Shown: positions 30,464 through 40,721, counted from the stretch's first letter. The stretch: 64,000 nt of DNA from an uncultured virus (IMG/VR IMGVR_UViG_3300022752_000051) (IMGVR_UViG_3300022752_000051); one strand, 5' to 3'. Program-made: numbers and translations. The notes: a model not told the origin generated them from the letters alone.

Positions 30464-31351
30464 ATGGAAGAGTTTAAGGTAATTGTAAAATTACTTACAG
30501 AGTTTTTAGGAAGACCAAAAAGGACTTACGAAAGTAAAAGCCAATGCAGTTTTGATTGTGTTGAGTGTGACGAAGGTGGTCACAAAGGGAATTTAGAGGT
30601 CAATATTGAAAAAGGTCTGTTTCATTGCTGGTCTTGCGGAATATCAGGAGCTCTAGGTAAATTAATAGATAATTACGGAAATCCGAAGATCAAGAGAGCC
30701 TATCTACTATTAAAACCAGAAGAACAAAATCGGTCAATTGAAGATACCAAAATTATACTTAAACTTCCGAAAGAATACAAAAAATTTTCGGAATCAAATC
30801 CTAGGTTTATACCTCATCGAGAAGCTCTGAATTACTTACACGGTCGTGGTATTACGGATGAAATGATAGAAAAATTTCAAATAGGATTTGCTTCAGATGG
30901 CGATTATTCGACTTGTGTCATTATACCTTCTTATGACAAAGACAATCAATTGAACTATTTCGTTGCTAGATCTTGGGTCAAAGGTCGGGTGAAATATAAA
31001 AACCCACCAGCGGCAAAAGATCAAATTATTTTTGGAGAAAATAGGATTGACTTCAAAAAAGACGTATATTTGACGGAAGGTGTATTTGATATGTTTTTTT
31101 TGGACAATTCAATACCTCTACTTGGTAAATTTGTATCTGATGTATTATTTGAGAGATTGTATAATGAATGCGAAGGTGACATTCACATTTGTTTGGATGG
31201 AGATGCCTGGGACAATGCTGTTGAAATTTTTCACCACTTGAATGGTGGACGATTATACGGTAAAATTAAGATATTAAAACTACCAAAAGACAAAGACGTT
31301 TGTGATTTACGTGGAAACATCACAGAATATTACTTTAAATTAATAAAATGA
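30464..31351 (+). CDS. DnaG-type DNA primase (Zn-binding + TOPRIM)
   Basis: CVECD...FHCWSCG; YLHGRGIT; KYKNP; YLTEGVFD; CLDGDA. Confidence 0.85.
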   Translation: MEEFKVIVKLLTEFLGRPKRTYESKSQCSFDCVECDEGGHKGNLEVNIEKGLFHCWSCGISGALGKLIDNYGNPKIKRAYLLLKPEEQNRSIEDTKIILKLPKEYKKFSESNPRFIPHREALNYLHGRGITDEMIEKFQIGFASDGDYSTCVIIPSYDKDNQLNYFVARSWVKGRVKYKNPPAAKDQIIFGENRIDFKKDVYLTEGVFDMFFLDNSIPLLGKFVSDVLFERLYNECEGDIHICLDGDAWDNAVEIFHHLNGGRLYGKIKILKLPKDKDVCDLRGNITEYYFKLIK

Positions 31352-32118
31352 CATTTGATTTTCTAGAACTCGCAAAATTCAATAGCATCAAATATTATGA
31401 TGCTGAACACAAGTATTATAGTGGGGATACTGAATTCACTTCAGCCACCACCTTTATTGGAAAGTTCAAACCAAAATTTGATACTCAAAGGATTGCTGAA
31501 GAATATGCAAACAAACGAGGTCTGGATGTAAATTCAGTAATAGCTGAGTGGGATCTCAAGAGAGATGTTTCGACATTCAAAGGCACTCTTGTTCATAGTC
31601 TGGCTGAAAATTGGTGGAACAATAAATTCTTTCCTTACAACCCATCCGAAAGCGTTAAAGCTTTTGGTTACGATATTATCACCGAAAAATATGAAAAATG
31701 TAGGGATATGTTTTTCAAGTTTTATGAAGATGCGAAACAAAATCTAGTACCAGTAAAAATGGAACTTGTGGTGGGAGACGAAGAATATAAAATTGCTGGT
31801 CAAATTGACGGATTGTTTTTCAACAAAAAATCAAACGAACTTGAAATTTGGGATTATAAAACCAATAAAGAAATCAAATACTCAAATGATTTTGGACAAA
31901 AATTCCAGGATCCAATTGCACACTTAGATGTTTGTGAATTCAACACGTACTCACTACAGTTGTCTCTGTACAAACACATTATCCAAAAAAATACCAACCT
32001 TAAAATAGGTTCTAACTATTTGGTTTGGATAAATGAAAATATTTCCAAATACAAAGTTATCAAGTGTCAAGATATGGAAGCTGAAATTAAATTGATGATT
32101 GACCACTTGGCAAAATGA
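31348..32118 (+). CDS. PD-(D/E)XK (RecB-like) nuclease
   Basis: Motifs KGTLVH, IAGQIDGLF, IWDYKT and YSLQLSLY. Confidence 0.85.
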   Translation: MTFDFLELAKFNSIKYYDAEHKYYSGDTEFTSATTFIGKFKPKFDTQRIAEEYANKRGLDVNSVIAEWDLKRDVSTFKGTLVHSLAENWWNNKFFPYNPSESVKAFGYDIITEKYEKCRDMFFKFYEDAKQNLVPVKMELVVGDEEYKIAGQIDGLFFNKKSNELEIWDYKTNKEIKYSNDFGQKFQDPIAHLDVCEFNTYSLQLSLYKHIIQKNTNLKIGSNYLVWINENISKYKVIKCQDMEAEIKLMIDHLAK

Positions 32119-32146
32119 AAAAATTAACTATTTTTAATAAAAAAGT

Positions 32147-32350
32147 ATGAACAATTCAGAGTTTTTGGCAAAAGTAATTCAAGAAAAATTACAGAACGAT
32201 ATTGATGGGAATATTGCGTTAGGTATCTCTATTTCACCTTTTCTGGAAAATCCAGAGACAAATCAATATAAAATACATGTATTATTTGGGGGAGATAAGT
32301 TTACCATAACAGTATCACCTTACACATCCCAAACAGAACAAAATTCTTGA
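32147..32350 (+). CDS. hypothetical protein
   Basis: 67-aa ORF with an A-rich leader. Confidence 0.6.
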   Translation: MNNSEFLAKVIQEKLQNDIDGNIALGISISPFLENPETNQYKIHVLFGGDKFTITVSPYTSQTEQNS

Positions 32351-32550
32351 TGTTTATGGATAATTTACAGATTTCATACAACAAATGGAAAAAAAATCCT
32401 AATAATACACTCACATTTGAAGAGTGGAAAAAAAATAATACTTACTTATCTTATAATTTCAAACATGATGATGACTATTTGGATGAAATGAAAGATTGGG
32501 ATGTTACATTATCGGATGGTTTGGATGATGATTACCCAGACGACGTTTAA
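32350..32550 (+). CDS. small acidic hypothetical protein
   Basis: TGATG coupling to the upstream gene; ends DWDVTLSDGLDDD. Confidence 0.6.
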   Translation: MFMDNLQISYNKWKKNPNNTLTFEEWKKNNTYLSYNFKHDDDYLDEMKDWDVTLSDGLDDDYPDDV

Positions 32551-32561
32551 AAAAAATCAAA

Positions 32562-32768
32562 ATGGAAAAAAAAATTAATTTAAGTGAACAACCAGACGTT
32601 GTTTGTGAAAACTGTGGGAGTAGATTTTTTCGTGAGGTCAATATGATCAAAAGAGTATCATGGGAATCCAAAGATCTAGAAGAAACTTTTGTTCCTTTCC
32701 CAACTTATTGTTGTAATAACTGTAATCACGTGAATGAAGAATTCATAACTTTTTTTTCTAAAATATGA
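32562..32768 (+). CDS. small zinc-ribbon protein
   Basis: CENCG...CNNCNH. Confidence 0.7.
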   Translation: MEKKINLSEQPDVVCENCGSRFFREVNMIKRVSWESKDLEETFVPFPTYCCNNCNHVNEEFITFFSKI

Positions 32769-33544
32769 TTAACAAACTAGTACACTTTTCGGATCTTCAC
32801 ATCCGACTTTATAAAGATCACAATCTTTATCGTGAGATTATATCTGATATGTTAAATCAATTCAGAGAAATAAATCCTGACAGGATAGTATTCACAGGTG
32901 ATTTGGTTCATTCCAAAAATCAAATGACACCAGAACTTATCAATATGGTTGCTTGGGTATTAACAGAATGTTCCAAGATAGCAAAAACAATTCTTATAAT
33001 TGGTAATCACGATTTTTTGGAAAGCAATATGGAAAGGTTGGATGCATTAACACCAATTATTGACTCACTTGCAAACGAAAACATTGTTTACTATAAAAAT
33101 AAAGGTGTTTTCACAGATTCAAATATTGACTGGGTTGTTTTTTCTCTTATGGATCATAATGTCCCACCTGAGATCCCAAAATCCAAAAATAAAAAAATCG
33201 GACTATTTCATGGCCCTGTAGTTGGACTTACTACCAATGTCGGTTATAAGTTTGAAGATGGTTTTACAAGTGATAAATTTGATGGTTGTGATGTGGTTTT
33301 ATGTGGGGATATTCATAAAAGACAAGTCTTTGATATTCCAAATGGAAAAAAAGCTTGGATGATTGGCTCCACAGTACAACAAAACTATGGTGAAAGTGTA
33401 AGGTATCATGGGTTTGGAATCTATGATGTTATAAATGATGATTACACGTTTGTTGATTTGAAAAACAAAAAACCTTTCATTTCTTTCAAAGTAACATCTT
33501 ATGAAGATATCTTGAATGGAAAAGAACAAATCCTTAATTATTAA
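32765..33544 (+). CDS. Mre11/SbcD (gp47-like) metallophosphoesterase nuclease
   Basis: Motifs SDLH, GDLVH, GNHD, FHG and GDIH. Confidence 0.85.
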   Translation: MINKLVHFSDLHIRLYKDHNLYREIISDMLNQFREINPDRIVFTGDLVHSKNQMTPELINMVAWVLTECSKIAKTILIIGNHDFLESNMERLDALTPIIDSLANENIVYYKNKGVFTDSNIDWVVFSLMDHNVPPEIPKSKNKKIGLFHGPVVGLTTNVGYKFEDGFTSDKFDGCDVVLCGDIHKRQVFDIPNGKKAWMIGSTVQQNYGESVRYHGFGIYDVINDDYTFVDLKNKKPFISFKVTSYEDILNGKEQILNY

Positions 33545-34172
33545 TTTATCTTATTCTGAAGGAATAGATTTAAACAGTTTTATTACCCTCAACAATATTG
33601 AGGATGAAACTAAATTCAACAAAAAATGTTGGAAACAAGGGTTTGATATTGAAAAATATGGATTATTAGTTCCTACTGACAATGTTAGAGAAAAAATTGT
33701 TGAAATTGAAAAAATAATTGAAGTTCCCGTTGATAGAGTGGTTGAGGTAGAAGTTGTAAAAGAAATTGTTAAAGAAGTTGTTATCGATAAAATTATAGAA
33801 AAAGAAATTTTTGTAACCGACGATCAAAAAGTTAATGAACTCATTTTAAAACTAGAAATTGCTGAAAACAAAATTAAAGAACTTTCAGATGAAATAACCG
33901 AATTATCTAGTATTCAACCAGTTGAAAAAATTGTAGAAGTTCCCGTAGAAATTGTAGTTGAAAAAGTTATTGAAGTTAACAATAATGAAGACAGTCAAAA
34001 AAAACAACAGATGTTACAAGACACCATTCAAAAACTCAGACAAGAATTACAAAACAAAACTCAAGAAATTTCAGATTTAACTCAAAAATTAAACAATCGT
34101 CATTTTACTTCTGATGTAAAAGGCATATATTTAGATGGGTCAAACCTCAATAAAACAATCAAAACAAATTAA
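33516..34172 (+). CDS. coiled-coil protein with EKIVEVPV-type repeats
   Basis: EKIVEIEKIIEVPVDRVVEVEVVKEIVKEVV and VEKIVEVPVEIVVEKVIEV. Confidence 0.7.
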   Translation: MEKNKSLIINLSYSEGIDLNSFITLNNIEDETKFNKKCWKQGFDIEKYGLLVPTDNVREKIVEIEKIIEVPVDRVVEVEVVKEIVKEVVIDKIIEKEIFVTDDQKVNELILKLEIAENKIKELSDEITELSSIQPVEKIVEVPVEIVVEKVIEVNNNEDSQKKQQMLQDTIQKLRQELQNKTQEISDLTQKLNNRHFTSDVKGIYLDGSNLNKTIKTN

Positions 34173-34175
34173 TTT

Positions 34176-34547
34176 ATGCAACAACTATTATTTTTAGGAT
34201 TTGCCGCATATGGGATGACAAACATTCTAGTGTGGGGATCTATTTTTGCTGGTTTCAGAAACTGGTTATATGAAGGATCAAAAAGTTCAAGCCCTTTTAA
34301 AGACATATACAACTTTTTTTCAGAATTACTTGGATGTATGCTATGTACAGGAACCTGGGTAGGATTTATACTATCAATACTCTGGTTTTCAGTCTCATCT
34401 TTTATTGTTCCAATACAAGATATGTCACCAATCGGAGTTTCAATTATACCTGCGATCAATGTTTTTGTGGACGGTATGTTCGCAGCTGGATTTGTATGGT
34501 TCATAAACACAATCGTTGAATTTTTAGAATATCGTAAATCAAATTAA
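34176..34547 (+). CDS. DUF1360-like membrane protein
   Basis: About three hydrophobic segments and ELLGCMLCTGTWVG. Confidence 0.65.
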   Translation: MQQLLFLGFAAYGMTNILVWGSIFAGFRNWLYEGSKSSSPFKDIYNFFSELLGCMLCTGTWVGFILSILWFSVSSFIVPIQDMSPIGVSIIPAINVFVDGMFAAGFVWFINTIVEFLEYRKSN

Positions 34548-34549
34548 TT

Positions 34550-34741
34550 ATGCCAAAATCAAGAAATCGTGGAGGTGCCAAGGAGCATCGAGCGAAAGTT
34601 AAAAAAAGAAATGCAAGAATATTGTCAGAAAAAAATGCGTTCCGTAAAGAGTATACACGAATGATGGAACAAAAAATTGAAGAAATGAAAGCACAAGAAC
34701 AATCTGAACAAGGTTCAAGTGAAGATAATACTCAATCCTAA
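34550..34741 (+). CDS. small basic hypothetical protein
   Basis: MPKSRNRGGAKEHRAKVKKRN. Confidence 0.65.
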   Translation: MPKSRNRGGAKEHRAKVKKRNARILSEKNAFRKEYTRMMEQKIEEMKAQEQSEQGSSEDNTQS

Positions 34742-34784
34742 TAATTACGATCTATTCAATCCAATAATCACAAAAGAAATCTCT

Positions 34785-37112
34785 ATGTCACACAAGTTAG
34801 GTGAGTTGGAAAATCCATATATCCAAGTAGTTTGGGAAGATGACTCTTCAAATTTCTCACAAGAACGAATCAAAAGTATCAAAGAATATTTTCAAAAAAA
34901 GTATTCATCACAAAATGTGAACATCATTACTAAGTTGAAAACTTCCAACCAAGAAGATCAACAAGTTGCTGAGGTTGCTTTGAATATTTTAGATAGAGAC
35001 CAACAAAAAAATATGATTCGGTCATATTTGGAAAGTAAATCTCAAGAAAACTACTTGGATCAAATCTTAGAGATAGATAAAAATGTTGAGAGTAGGATTT
35101 TACTGAACTCTGAAGACAATTTTGCTTTCAGGAAGTGGTATATCAAAAAAATCGAATTCAGTAACTTTTTATCGTATGGTGAAAATCAAGTTGTCGACTT
35201 TACTCGATTGGATGGTATTACTGCCATTGAGTCCAATCCACCCAATTTTGGGGGTAAAAGTGTTCTTTCTGTGGACTTACTATTATTTTTATTCTTTAAC
35301 ACAACTACTAAGACAACAAAAGCTGAAGAGATCTTCAACAGATTTACTGACAAGAACAAAGTAAGTGTATCTGGTGAAATTACTATTGATGGTGAAGATT
35401 ATCTTATTGTTAGAAATTTAGAAAGAAAATTATCAAAATCTGGTGATTGGAATGTAAAAACAGAACTCGACTTTTTTAAAAAGTTAGAGAATGGAGAACT
35501 ACAAAATTTTACCGGGGAGCAACGGAGAGAGACTGAAAAATTTATCAAAACCTCTATTGGTGAACAAGAAGATTTCTTAATGACGATCTTAACAACCGCA
35601 TCGAATTTAGAGGATTTACTTGAAGCTAAACCAACAGCTCGAGGACAAGTTTTAAGTAAATTTTTAGGACTTGACTTTTTGAAAAGAAAAGAAGAGACTG
35701 GAAAAGAAATATTCTCTGAATTTTCAAAACAAATGGTTTCTAATGTCTATTCCAATACAACTCTAACGAAAGAGAATGAGGAAATGGAAACACGGATTAC
35801 CACTATAAAATCAGATAATGAACAAATACAATCGAATATTAATTCATTGTCTGATAGTATATCCAAAGGTGAAGCATATAAAGTCACACTTTTAACCCGT
35901 AAACATACAGATATTGATCAAAAACTTTCAATATTGAATCCTAAGACCATTTTAGACACAATCAGAACCCTTGAAATCGAGTACGGAGAACAAAAAAAAC
36001 AATTTGATTCAATTGTTGTTAAAGAACCATCAGAATTTTACGATGAGGAAACCCATGATCAAGTAAAAAAACAAATCAAGTTAGAATATGGTAAGTCAAT
36101 TCAAGTTGAAACACAAATTCGAGAGATTGAAAAATTAAAGTCTAGCGTAAGTGGTGGTATAAAATGTGAACATTGTGGTATCGATTTACTCACGGCTTCA
36201 TTAACCGCAGGTAAATTGGGTTTACTTGACGGACTTATCATTCAAAAACAAGAAATAACCACCTTAATGAATGAATTATCACTCAAAGATAATTCTTTTG
36301 CTACCTTAAAAAAGGAATTTGATGAGTACGAGAGAAACAAGTTGATCCGAGAAAAAGTCGAGGCTAAAATGGAATCCATTCAAATGAAGATTTCAAACGA
36401 ACAGGACACTCATCGAAGATACTTGGAACAACAAACCAAAATAGAAGAGAACAAGAAAACAGACGAGTTACTTATGAAAACGGATGTACGTTTGAATGAG
36501 CTTGGTCGTGAAAAATCTCAATCAGAAAGAACCTTGGGTTCAAATCAACAATCAATTATCGATTTAGAAAGTAAAATCAAGAAAAATATTGATCTTATTG
36601 TTAAAATTGGATTGGAATTTGAACGAGAAAAAATCTATAAAATGTATTTGGAAATTTTTGGTAAAAATGGGATATCAAAAATTATAATGAAAACTATGAT
36701 GCCCATTATAAATTCAGAACTGACAAGACTTCTGCAAGATAGCGCTTATTTCAAACTTGAAATTAGAATTAGTGACAAAAATGAGGTAGAATTTGTTATG
36801 ATTGACAATTCGACAGGTGTTGAAAAACTAATGATTTCTGGATCTGGTTATGAAAAATCTATAGCATCATTAGCACTCAGAGCTGTTTTGTCTAAGGTTT
36901 GTTCTTTACCAAAACCAAATATAATAGTGTTTGATGAAGTTTTTGGTAAAATCTCAAATGAGAACTTAGAAATGGTGGGTGAATTTTTCACGAAAATTAA
37001 AGAATACTTTGAAAAAATACTTGTGATCACTCATAATCCTTTAGTTACAAACTGGGCTGACAATATTCTTAGAATTGAAAAACAAGGGAATATATCAAGA
37101 GTAGTCGACTAA
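34785..37112 (+). CDS. Rad50/SbcC (gp46-like) ATPase with N-terminal extension
   Basis: IEFSNFLSYG, Walker A-like NFGGKS, zinc hook CEHC, SGSGYEK, Walker B IVFDEVFG and VITH. ATG 34785 preferred. Confidence 0.9.
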   Translation: MSHKLGELENPYIQVVWEDDSSNFSQERIKSIKEYFQKKYSSQNVNIITKLKTSNQEDQQVAEVALNILDRDQQKNMIRSYLESKSQENYLDQILEIDKNVESRILLNSEDNFAFRKWYIKKIEFSNFLSYGENQVVDFTRLDGITAIESNPPNFGGKSVLSVDLLLFLFFNTTTKTTKAEEIFNRFTDKNKVSVSGEITIDGEDYLIVRNLERKLSKSGDWNVKTELDFFKKLENGELQNFTGEQRRETEKFIKTSIGEQEDFLMTILTTASNLEDLLEAKPTARGQVLSKFLGLDFLKRKEETGKEIFSEFSKQMVSNVYSNTTLTKENEEMETRITTIKSDNEQIQSNINSLSDSISKGEAYKVTLLTRKHTDIDQKLSILNPKTILDTIRTLEIEYGEQKKQFDSIVVKEPSEFYDEETHDQVKKQIKLEYGKSIQVETQIREIEKLKSSVSGGIKCEHCGIDLLTASLTAGKLGLLDGLIIQKQEITTLMNELSLKDNSFATLKKEFDEYERNKLIREKVEAKMESIQMKISNEQDTHRRYLEQQTKIEENKKTDELLMKTDVRLNELGREKSQSERTLGSNQQSIIDLESKIKKNIDLIVKIGLEFEREKIYKMYLEIFGKNGISKIIMKTMMPIINSELTRLLQDSAYFKLEIRISDKNEVEFVMIDNSTGVEKLMISGSGYEKSIASLALRAVLSKVCSLPKPNIIVFDEVFGKISNENLEMVGEFFTKIKEYFEKILVITHNPLVTNWADNILRIEKQGNISRVVD

Positions 37113-37612
37113 GCTTCGTATTTTTGGATTGGAGTTACGTCTGTAAAGATTGCGCCTCCTTTTCCTTTTTTAAATTTGTAAATTTTTGAATTTGGACGAA
37201 TCGATTCAAAATCGTCAAAGGAACCTTCATATTCCATTGGCCCTCTTTGTTCAGGGTCTGGATGTGGATATTCATAAGATTTCCCAATTTCTAATTCACT
37301 AGGATCGATATCTTCTTGTATCTCTTTTTGTGACCCTTTGAAACCTCCAATATTTTTAGCAAAATTTGCCATTTTAACAACTTTAGGATCCTCAGATTTC
37401 ATTGCTTTGTTGATACATTTCATAGTAACTTTACCCTCTTCACTTGCTAAATTATTTCTTTTACACCAATCACCAAATTTACCAGTTGTACCTTTTTTTT
37501 CTTGTTTTTCAACAGCTTTTTGAATAAATTTATTTTCTTTCTTTGACTCTTGAACAACCTTCTCGATGATGTCTCTTAACTGACTCTCATTTAAATAAAC
37601 AACCTTCTTCAT
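37109..37612 (-). CDS. putative head-internal protein
   Basis: Starts MKKVVYLNESQLRDIIEKVVQE; TATTTAT at 37630-36 on the minus strand. Confidence 0.6.
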   Translation of the reverse strand: MKKVVYLNESQLRDIIEKVVQESKKENKFIQKAVEKQEKKGTTGKFGDWCKRNNLASEEGKVTMKCINKAMKSEDPKVVKMANFAKNIGGFKGSQKEIQEDIDPSELEIGKSYEYPHPDPEQRGPMEYEGSFDDFESIRPNSKIYKFKKGKGGAIFTDVTPIQKYEA

Positions 37613-37615
37613 AAA

Positions 37616-37647
37616 TTTGGATTTTGTCAATAAATACCTTATCTTTG
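37616..37647 (+). promoter_or_regulatory. Bacteroidota-type promoter overlapping an oppositely oriented TATTTAT
   Basis: TTTG at 37616-19, 20-nt spacer, TATCTTTG at 37640-47. ATAAATA at 37630-36 lies inside the spacer. Confidence 0.7.
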
Positions 37648-37659
37648 TAAAAAAAACAT

Positions 37660-38247
37660 ATGAACCCAAACAAATTCCTACTCCAGATTATACCTAATGA
37701 AAAAATGTCACCTGAAAGGAAAATGGCATTGATGGCTGAATTATCATTATTGTGTATCGATGTAAATTTTTTACAAGTTAAAGATCATACATTTTACAAT
37801 ATCACTGGAGATTTTGGTATCGATGTTTTACATCAATTCGCAATATCTCAAATTCTCACTGATGAAATTTATTTCATTACCGAAATTAAAGGAGATGTTG
37901 GTGCGAATATTGATAGAGAAGTATTTACTCACTTTATGTCACAAACAGATACTCCAGAAATCAATTCACCAATAATTAAAATTACCCCGTCGAGCACATT
38001 TTTATCTCAATTTCCGTTTAGGGTTCAACTAGGTTATGATATCACTCAACTTCCTTGGGTCAATGATATTATCAAAAAGAACAATGATAATATTGAAGAC
38101 TATATTGACGATGACGACGATGATGATGACGATTTCAATGTTTTACGTCAATGTCCATCCGTTGATGATGTTTTGGATAAAATAATTGAACATGGAGTTG
38201 GTTCATTAACAGATCAAGATAAAGAAATTCTTAAAAAATTCAAATAG
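37660..38247 (+). CDS. hypothetical protein with poly-Asp tract and C-terminal DUF6576-like motif
   Basis: VDDVLDKIIEHGVGSLTDQDKEIL. Confidence 0.6.
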   Translation: MNPNKFLLQIIPNEKMSPERKMALMAELSLLCIDVNFLQVKDHTFYNITGDFGIDVLHQFAISQILTDEIYFITEIKGDVGANIDREVFTHFMSQTDTPEINSPIIKITPSSTFLSQFPFRVQLGYDITQLPWVNDIIKKNNDNIEDYIDDDDDDDDDFNVLRQCPSVDDVLDKIIEHGVGSLTDQDKEILKKFK

Positions 38248-38250
38248 ACT

Positions 38251-39051
38251 ATGAAAGACAAACAAATTTCAACAGGTATAGATCAAAAACAGATCGTACA
38301 TTACCTCAAAGACGTAAAAAAACTTAAAGTTATGACACCTGAAAGGGAGAGAGAACTCTCTGAAATCATGTGTAGTGGAACCGTAACCGAGGAACAAAAA
38401 AAATTAATCTATCAAGAATTGATTGATGGTAATTTACGTTTTGTAATTACTGTTGCCAAACAATATCAAAATCAAGGTTTAGATCTTGACGATCTTATTG
38501 CTGAAGGTAACGTTGGACTACTCAAAGCGATTCAAAATTTCGATTGGACAAAAAAACTCAGATTTATTTCCTACGCTGTTTGGTGGATCCGTCAATCCAT
38601 ATTTCAGTCTTTGAATGAAAATTCTAGAACAATTCGACTACCAGTAAATATTGTTCAAGAAATGCAAAGAGAAAAAAAATTATTCAAACCTATCGATGAG
38701 TTTGGATCTTATGACAAATTTGCTAACTTACCAACCACACAGTCCTACAACAGGATTAATGATGAGGGGGATGAACATATCAATTCAATTGCTGATATGA
38801 ACGGTGAAATGCCAGACGATCCTTTTGACACCAAAACACAACTTGTTGTTAAATTGATGACTATGTTGGATATTTTGGATTCAAGAGAAAAAGGAATTAT
38901 TTCAGAATATTTTGGATTGTCTGGGAAACCAAAAACACTAGAGGAAATTGGTTCAGGACTTAACTTAACCAAGGAAAGAGTAAGACAAATCAAAGAAAAA
39001 GCACTCCGTAAACTAAGAAACGATAGTATGGAGTTATTCGAATACATGTAA
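38251..39051 (+). CDS. sigma70-family (RpoD/SigA-like) RNA polymerase sigma factor, Bacteroidota type
   Basis: NLRFVITVAKQYQNQGL, FISYAVWWIRQSI, RTIRLP and TLEEIG..LNLTKERVRQIKEKALRKL. No region 1.1. Confidence 0.95.
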   Translation: MKDKQISTGIDQKQIVHYLKDVKKLKVMTPERERELSEIMCSGTVTEEQKKLIYQELIDGNLRFVITVAKQYQNQGLDLDDLIAEGNVGLLKAIQNFDWTKKLRFISYAVWWIRQSIFQSLNENSRTIRLPVNIVQEMQREKKLFKPIDEFGSYDKFANLPTTQSYNRINDEGDEHINSIADMNGEMPDDPFDTKTQLVVKLMTMLDILDSREKGIISEYFGLSGKPKTLEEIGSGLNLTKERVRQIKEKALRKLRNDSMELFEYM

Positions 39052-39064
39052 TCATTTATCCCTA

Positions 39065-39071
39065 TATTTAT
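39065..39071 (+). promoter_or_regulatory. TATTTAT motif
   Basis: Located 13 nt before ATG 39085, at the head of the lysis-like operon. Confidence 0.55.
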
Positions 39072-39084
39072 TATAAAAAAAATT

Positions 39085-39393
39085 ATGAAAGACTTTATAA
39101 TTAAAAATCATACGTTAATTTCTTTTTTACTACTTCTAACTATGACGGCTAGAACGTGTGGAACTCACAATAACACAATCAAACTCAAGAATGATATAAA
39201 AAAAATTGAGACTGAAATGTACACACCAGGAGAACTCAATTTGATTATACAAATTGAAGGTCTTAAAACCGAAAAGAGAATGATACAATCAACAGATAGA
39301 AAAATTCTTGACGTTCAAAGACAATCTGAGATCGACAAAGAAATAAATTTATTGGAAAAAAAATTAAAAGATGAAAGAGTGGATCAAGAATAA
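39085..39393 (+). CDS. membrane-anchored coiled-coil protein
   Basis: N-terminal hydrophobic stretch followed by TCG and a coiled coil. Confidence 0.65.
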   Translation: MKDFIIKNHTLISFLLLLTMTARTCGTHNNTIKLKNDIKKIETEMYTPGELNLIIQIEGLKTEKRMIQSTDRKILDVQRQSEIDKEINLLEKKLKDERVDQE

Positions 39394-40126
39394 TATTAAT
39401 AACATTATTATAGGATCATTTTTGATCCCTATATTACTTGTTGCTTTCGTTTCAATATCTCACGTAACGACTTTCTATGGATTATCCAATCCATTCAGTT
39501 GGGCTATTTATCTGTCTGTAGCTGTCGAAATAGCAGCACTAGCATCGCTTGCTGGAATATCCGCAAAGTTTGGTAGATTTATTTATATTCCTTTTGGAAT
39601 AGTTACTTTGATACAATTCGTAGGAAATTTTTTCTATTCATATTCGTTTGTCAATATGGACAGTGAATCATTCAAAAATTGGGTTGATATGATTTCTGGT
39701 ATATTCGAGGTTTTTGGAGTAGAACCTACAAATTTTGTTGCACACAGAAGAATACTTGCGTTTTTGACAGGTGGAATGATCCCTTTCATTTCGCTCACAT
39801 TCGCGCATATGTTAATTGTATATTCATCCAAAATACAAGATGAAAAAGTTGAAAGCAAAACACTAGATTTTGATGGTAAAATAATTGACCAACTATCTAA
39901 AAATGCTGGTATGGTTGAAGCTAAAAATATTGAAACTCCTTGGGTTCCAACACAGTCTGAATTGGAAGAATTCGAAAAGAATCTGTTAGCTAATCAAGTC
40001 ACCGACCAAGTCACCGATCAAGTTACCGACCAAGTTACCGCAGAAGTTCCTGAATTAATTACAACTGAAGAGGAAACTTCATCTGAGCCTCCCAAAAATA
40101 GGTTAGTATACACTAAAAATGTTTAG
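39371..40126 (+). CDS. multi-pass membrane protein (about 4 TM; possible holin-like)
   Basis: Four hydrophobic segments, then an acidic tail with QVTD repeats. Directly upstream of the amidase. Confidence 0.6.
   Translation: MKEWIKNNINNIIIGSFLIPILLVAFVSISHVTTFYGLSNPFSWAIYLSVAVEIAALASLAGISAKFGRFIYIPFGIVTLIQFVGNFFYSYSFVNMDSESFKNWVDMISGIFEVFGVEPTNFVAHRRILAFLTGGMIPFISLTFAHMLIVYSSKIQDEKVESKTLDFDGKIIDQLSKNAGMVEAKNIETPWVPTQSELEEFEKNLLANQVTDQVTDQVTDQVTAEVPELITTEEETSSEPPKNRLVYTKNV
39995..40040 (+). repeat. 12-bp coding tandem repeat x4 (QVTD)
   Basis: caagtcaccgac caagtcaccgat caagttaccgac caagttaccg. Confidence 0.9.
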
Positions 40127-40721
40127 TTTGGTTGAAAGTTTGACTAAAAGAGTTGTCGGTAAAACAAATACAAAAACTCAAATAATTTTATGTCACACGT
40201 CTCGTAGTGCAAACGAATATTTAATTTCTTTGAAATATCGTAAAAACGGGAAGTATGATAAAGTTCCAAATTTTTTGATTACCAAAGATGGTAAAGTCGT
40301 TGATTTAATTCCATCTGAAACATATTGTAATTTTTTTGATAACCAAGATGTTAATAAAAATTCTATAATCATTTCGTTAGAGAATTTAGGGTGGCTTGAA
40401 AAAGTTCAGTTGTCATCTAATTACAATAACTGGATTGGAGATATTTATAAAGGTGTGCCTTACGAAAGAAAATGGAGAGATTATTTTCTTTGGGATCCAT
40501 ACACATCTGAACAAATACAATCATTAGTAACTTTATGTTTACAATTATGTAAAAAACATAAAATACCAACCGAATGTATTGGTCATAATACAAAAATAAC
40601 AAATATTGAAAAATTAAATGGGATCGTATCAAGAAGTAACTTTGACCAAGTATTTACAGATGTAAGTCCAGCGTTTGACTTTGATAAATTTACAAATATG
40701 TTGAAAAATGAACAACTATGA
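40119..40721 (+). CDS. N-acetylmuramoyl-L-alanine amidase (Amidase_2)-like protein
   Basis: IILCHT, FLITKDGKV, NSIIISLEN.G, YTSEQIQSL..L...LCKKH.IP and TDVSP. Confidence 0.75.
   Translation: MFSLVESLTKRVVGKTNTKTQIILCHTSRSANEYLISLKYRKNGKYDKVPNFLITKDGKVVDLIPSETYCNFFDNQDVNKNSIIISLENLGWLEKVQLSSNYNNWIGDIYKGVPYERKWRDYFLWDPYTSEQIQSLVTLCLQLCKKHKIPTECIGHNTKITNIEKLNGIVSRSNFDQVFTDVSPAFDFDKFTNMLKNEQL

Noticed and set aside
31348..32118. Cas4
   Set aside because: It lacks the four-Cys Fe-S motif and any CRISPR context; treated as a generic PD-(D/E)XK nuclease.
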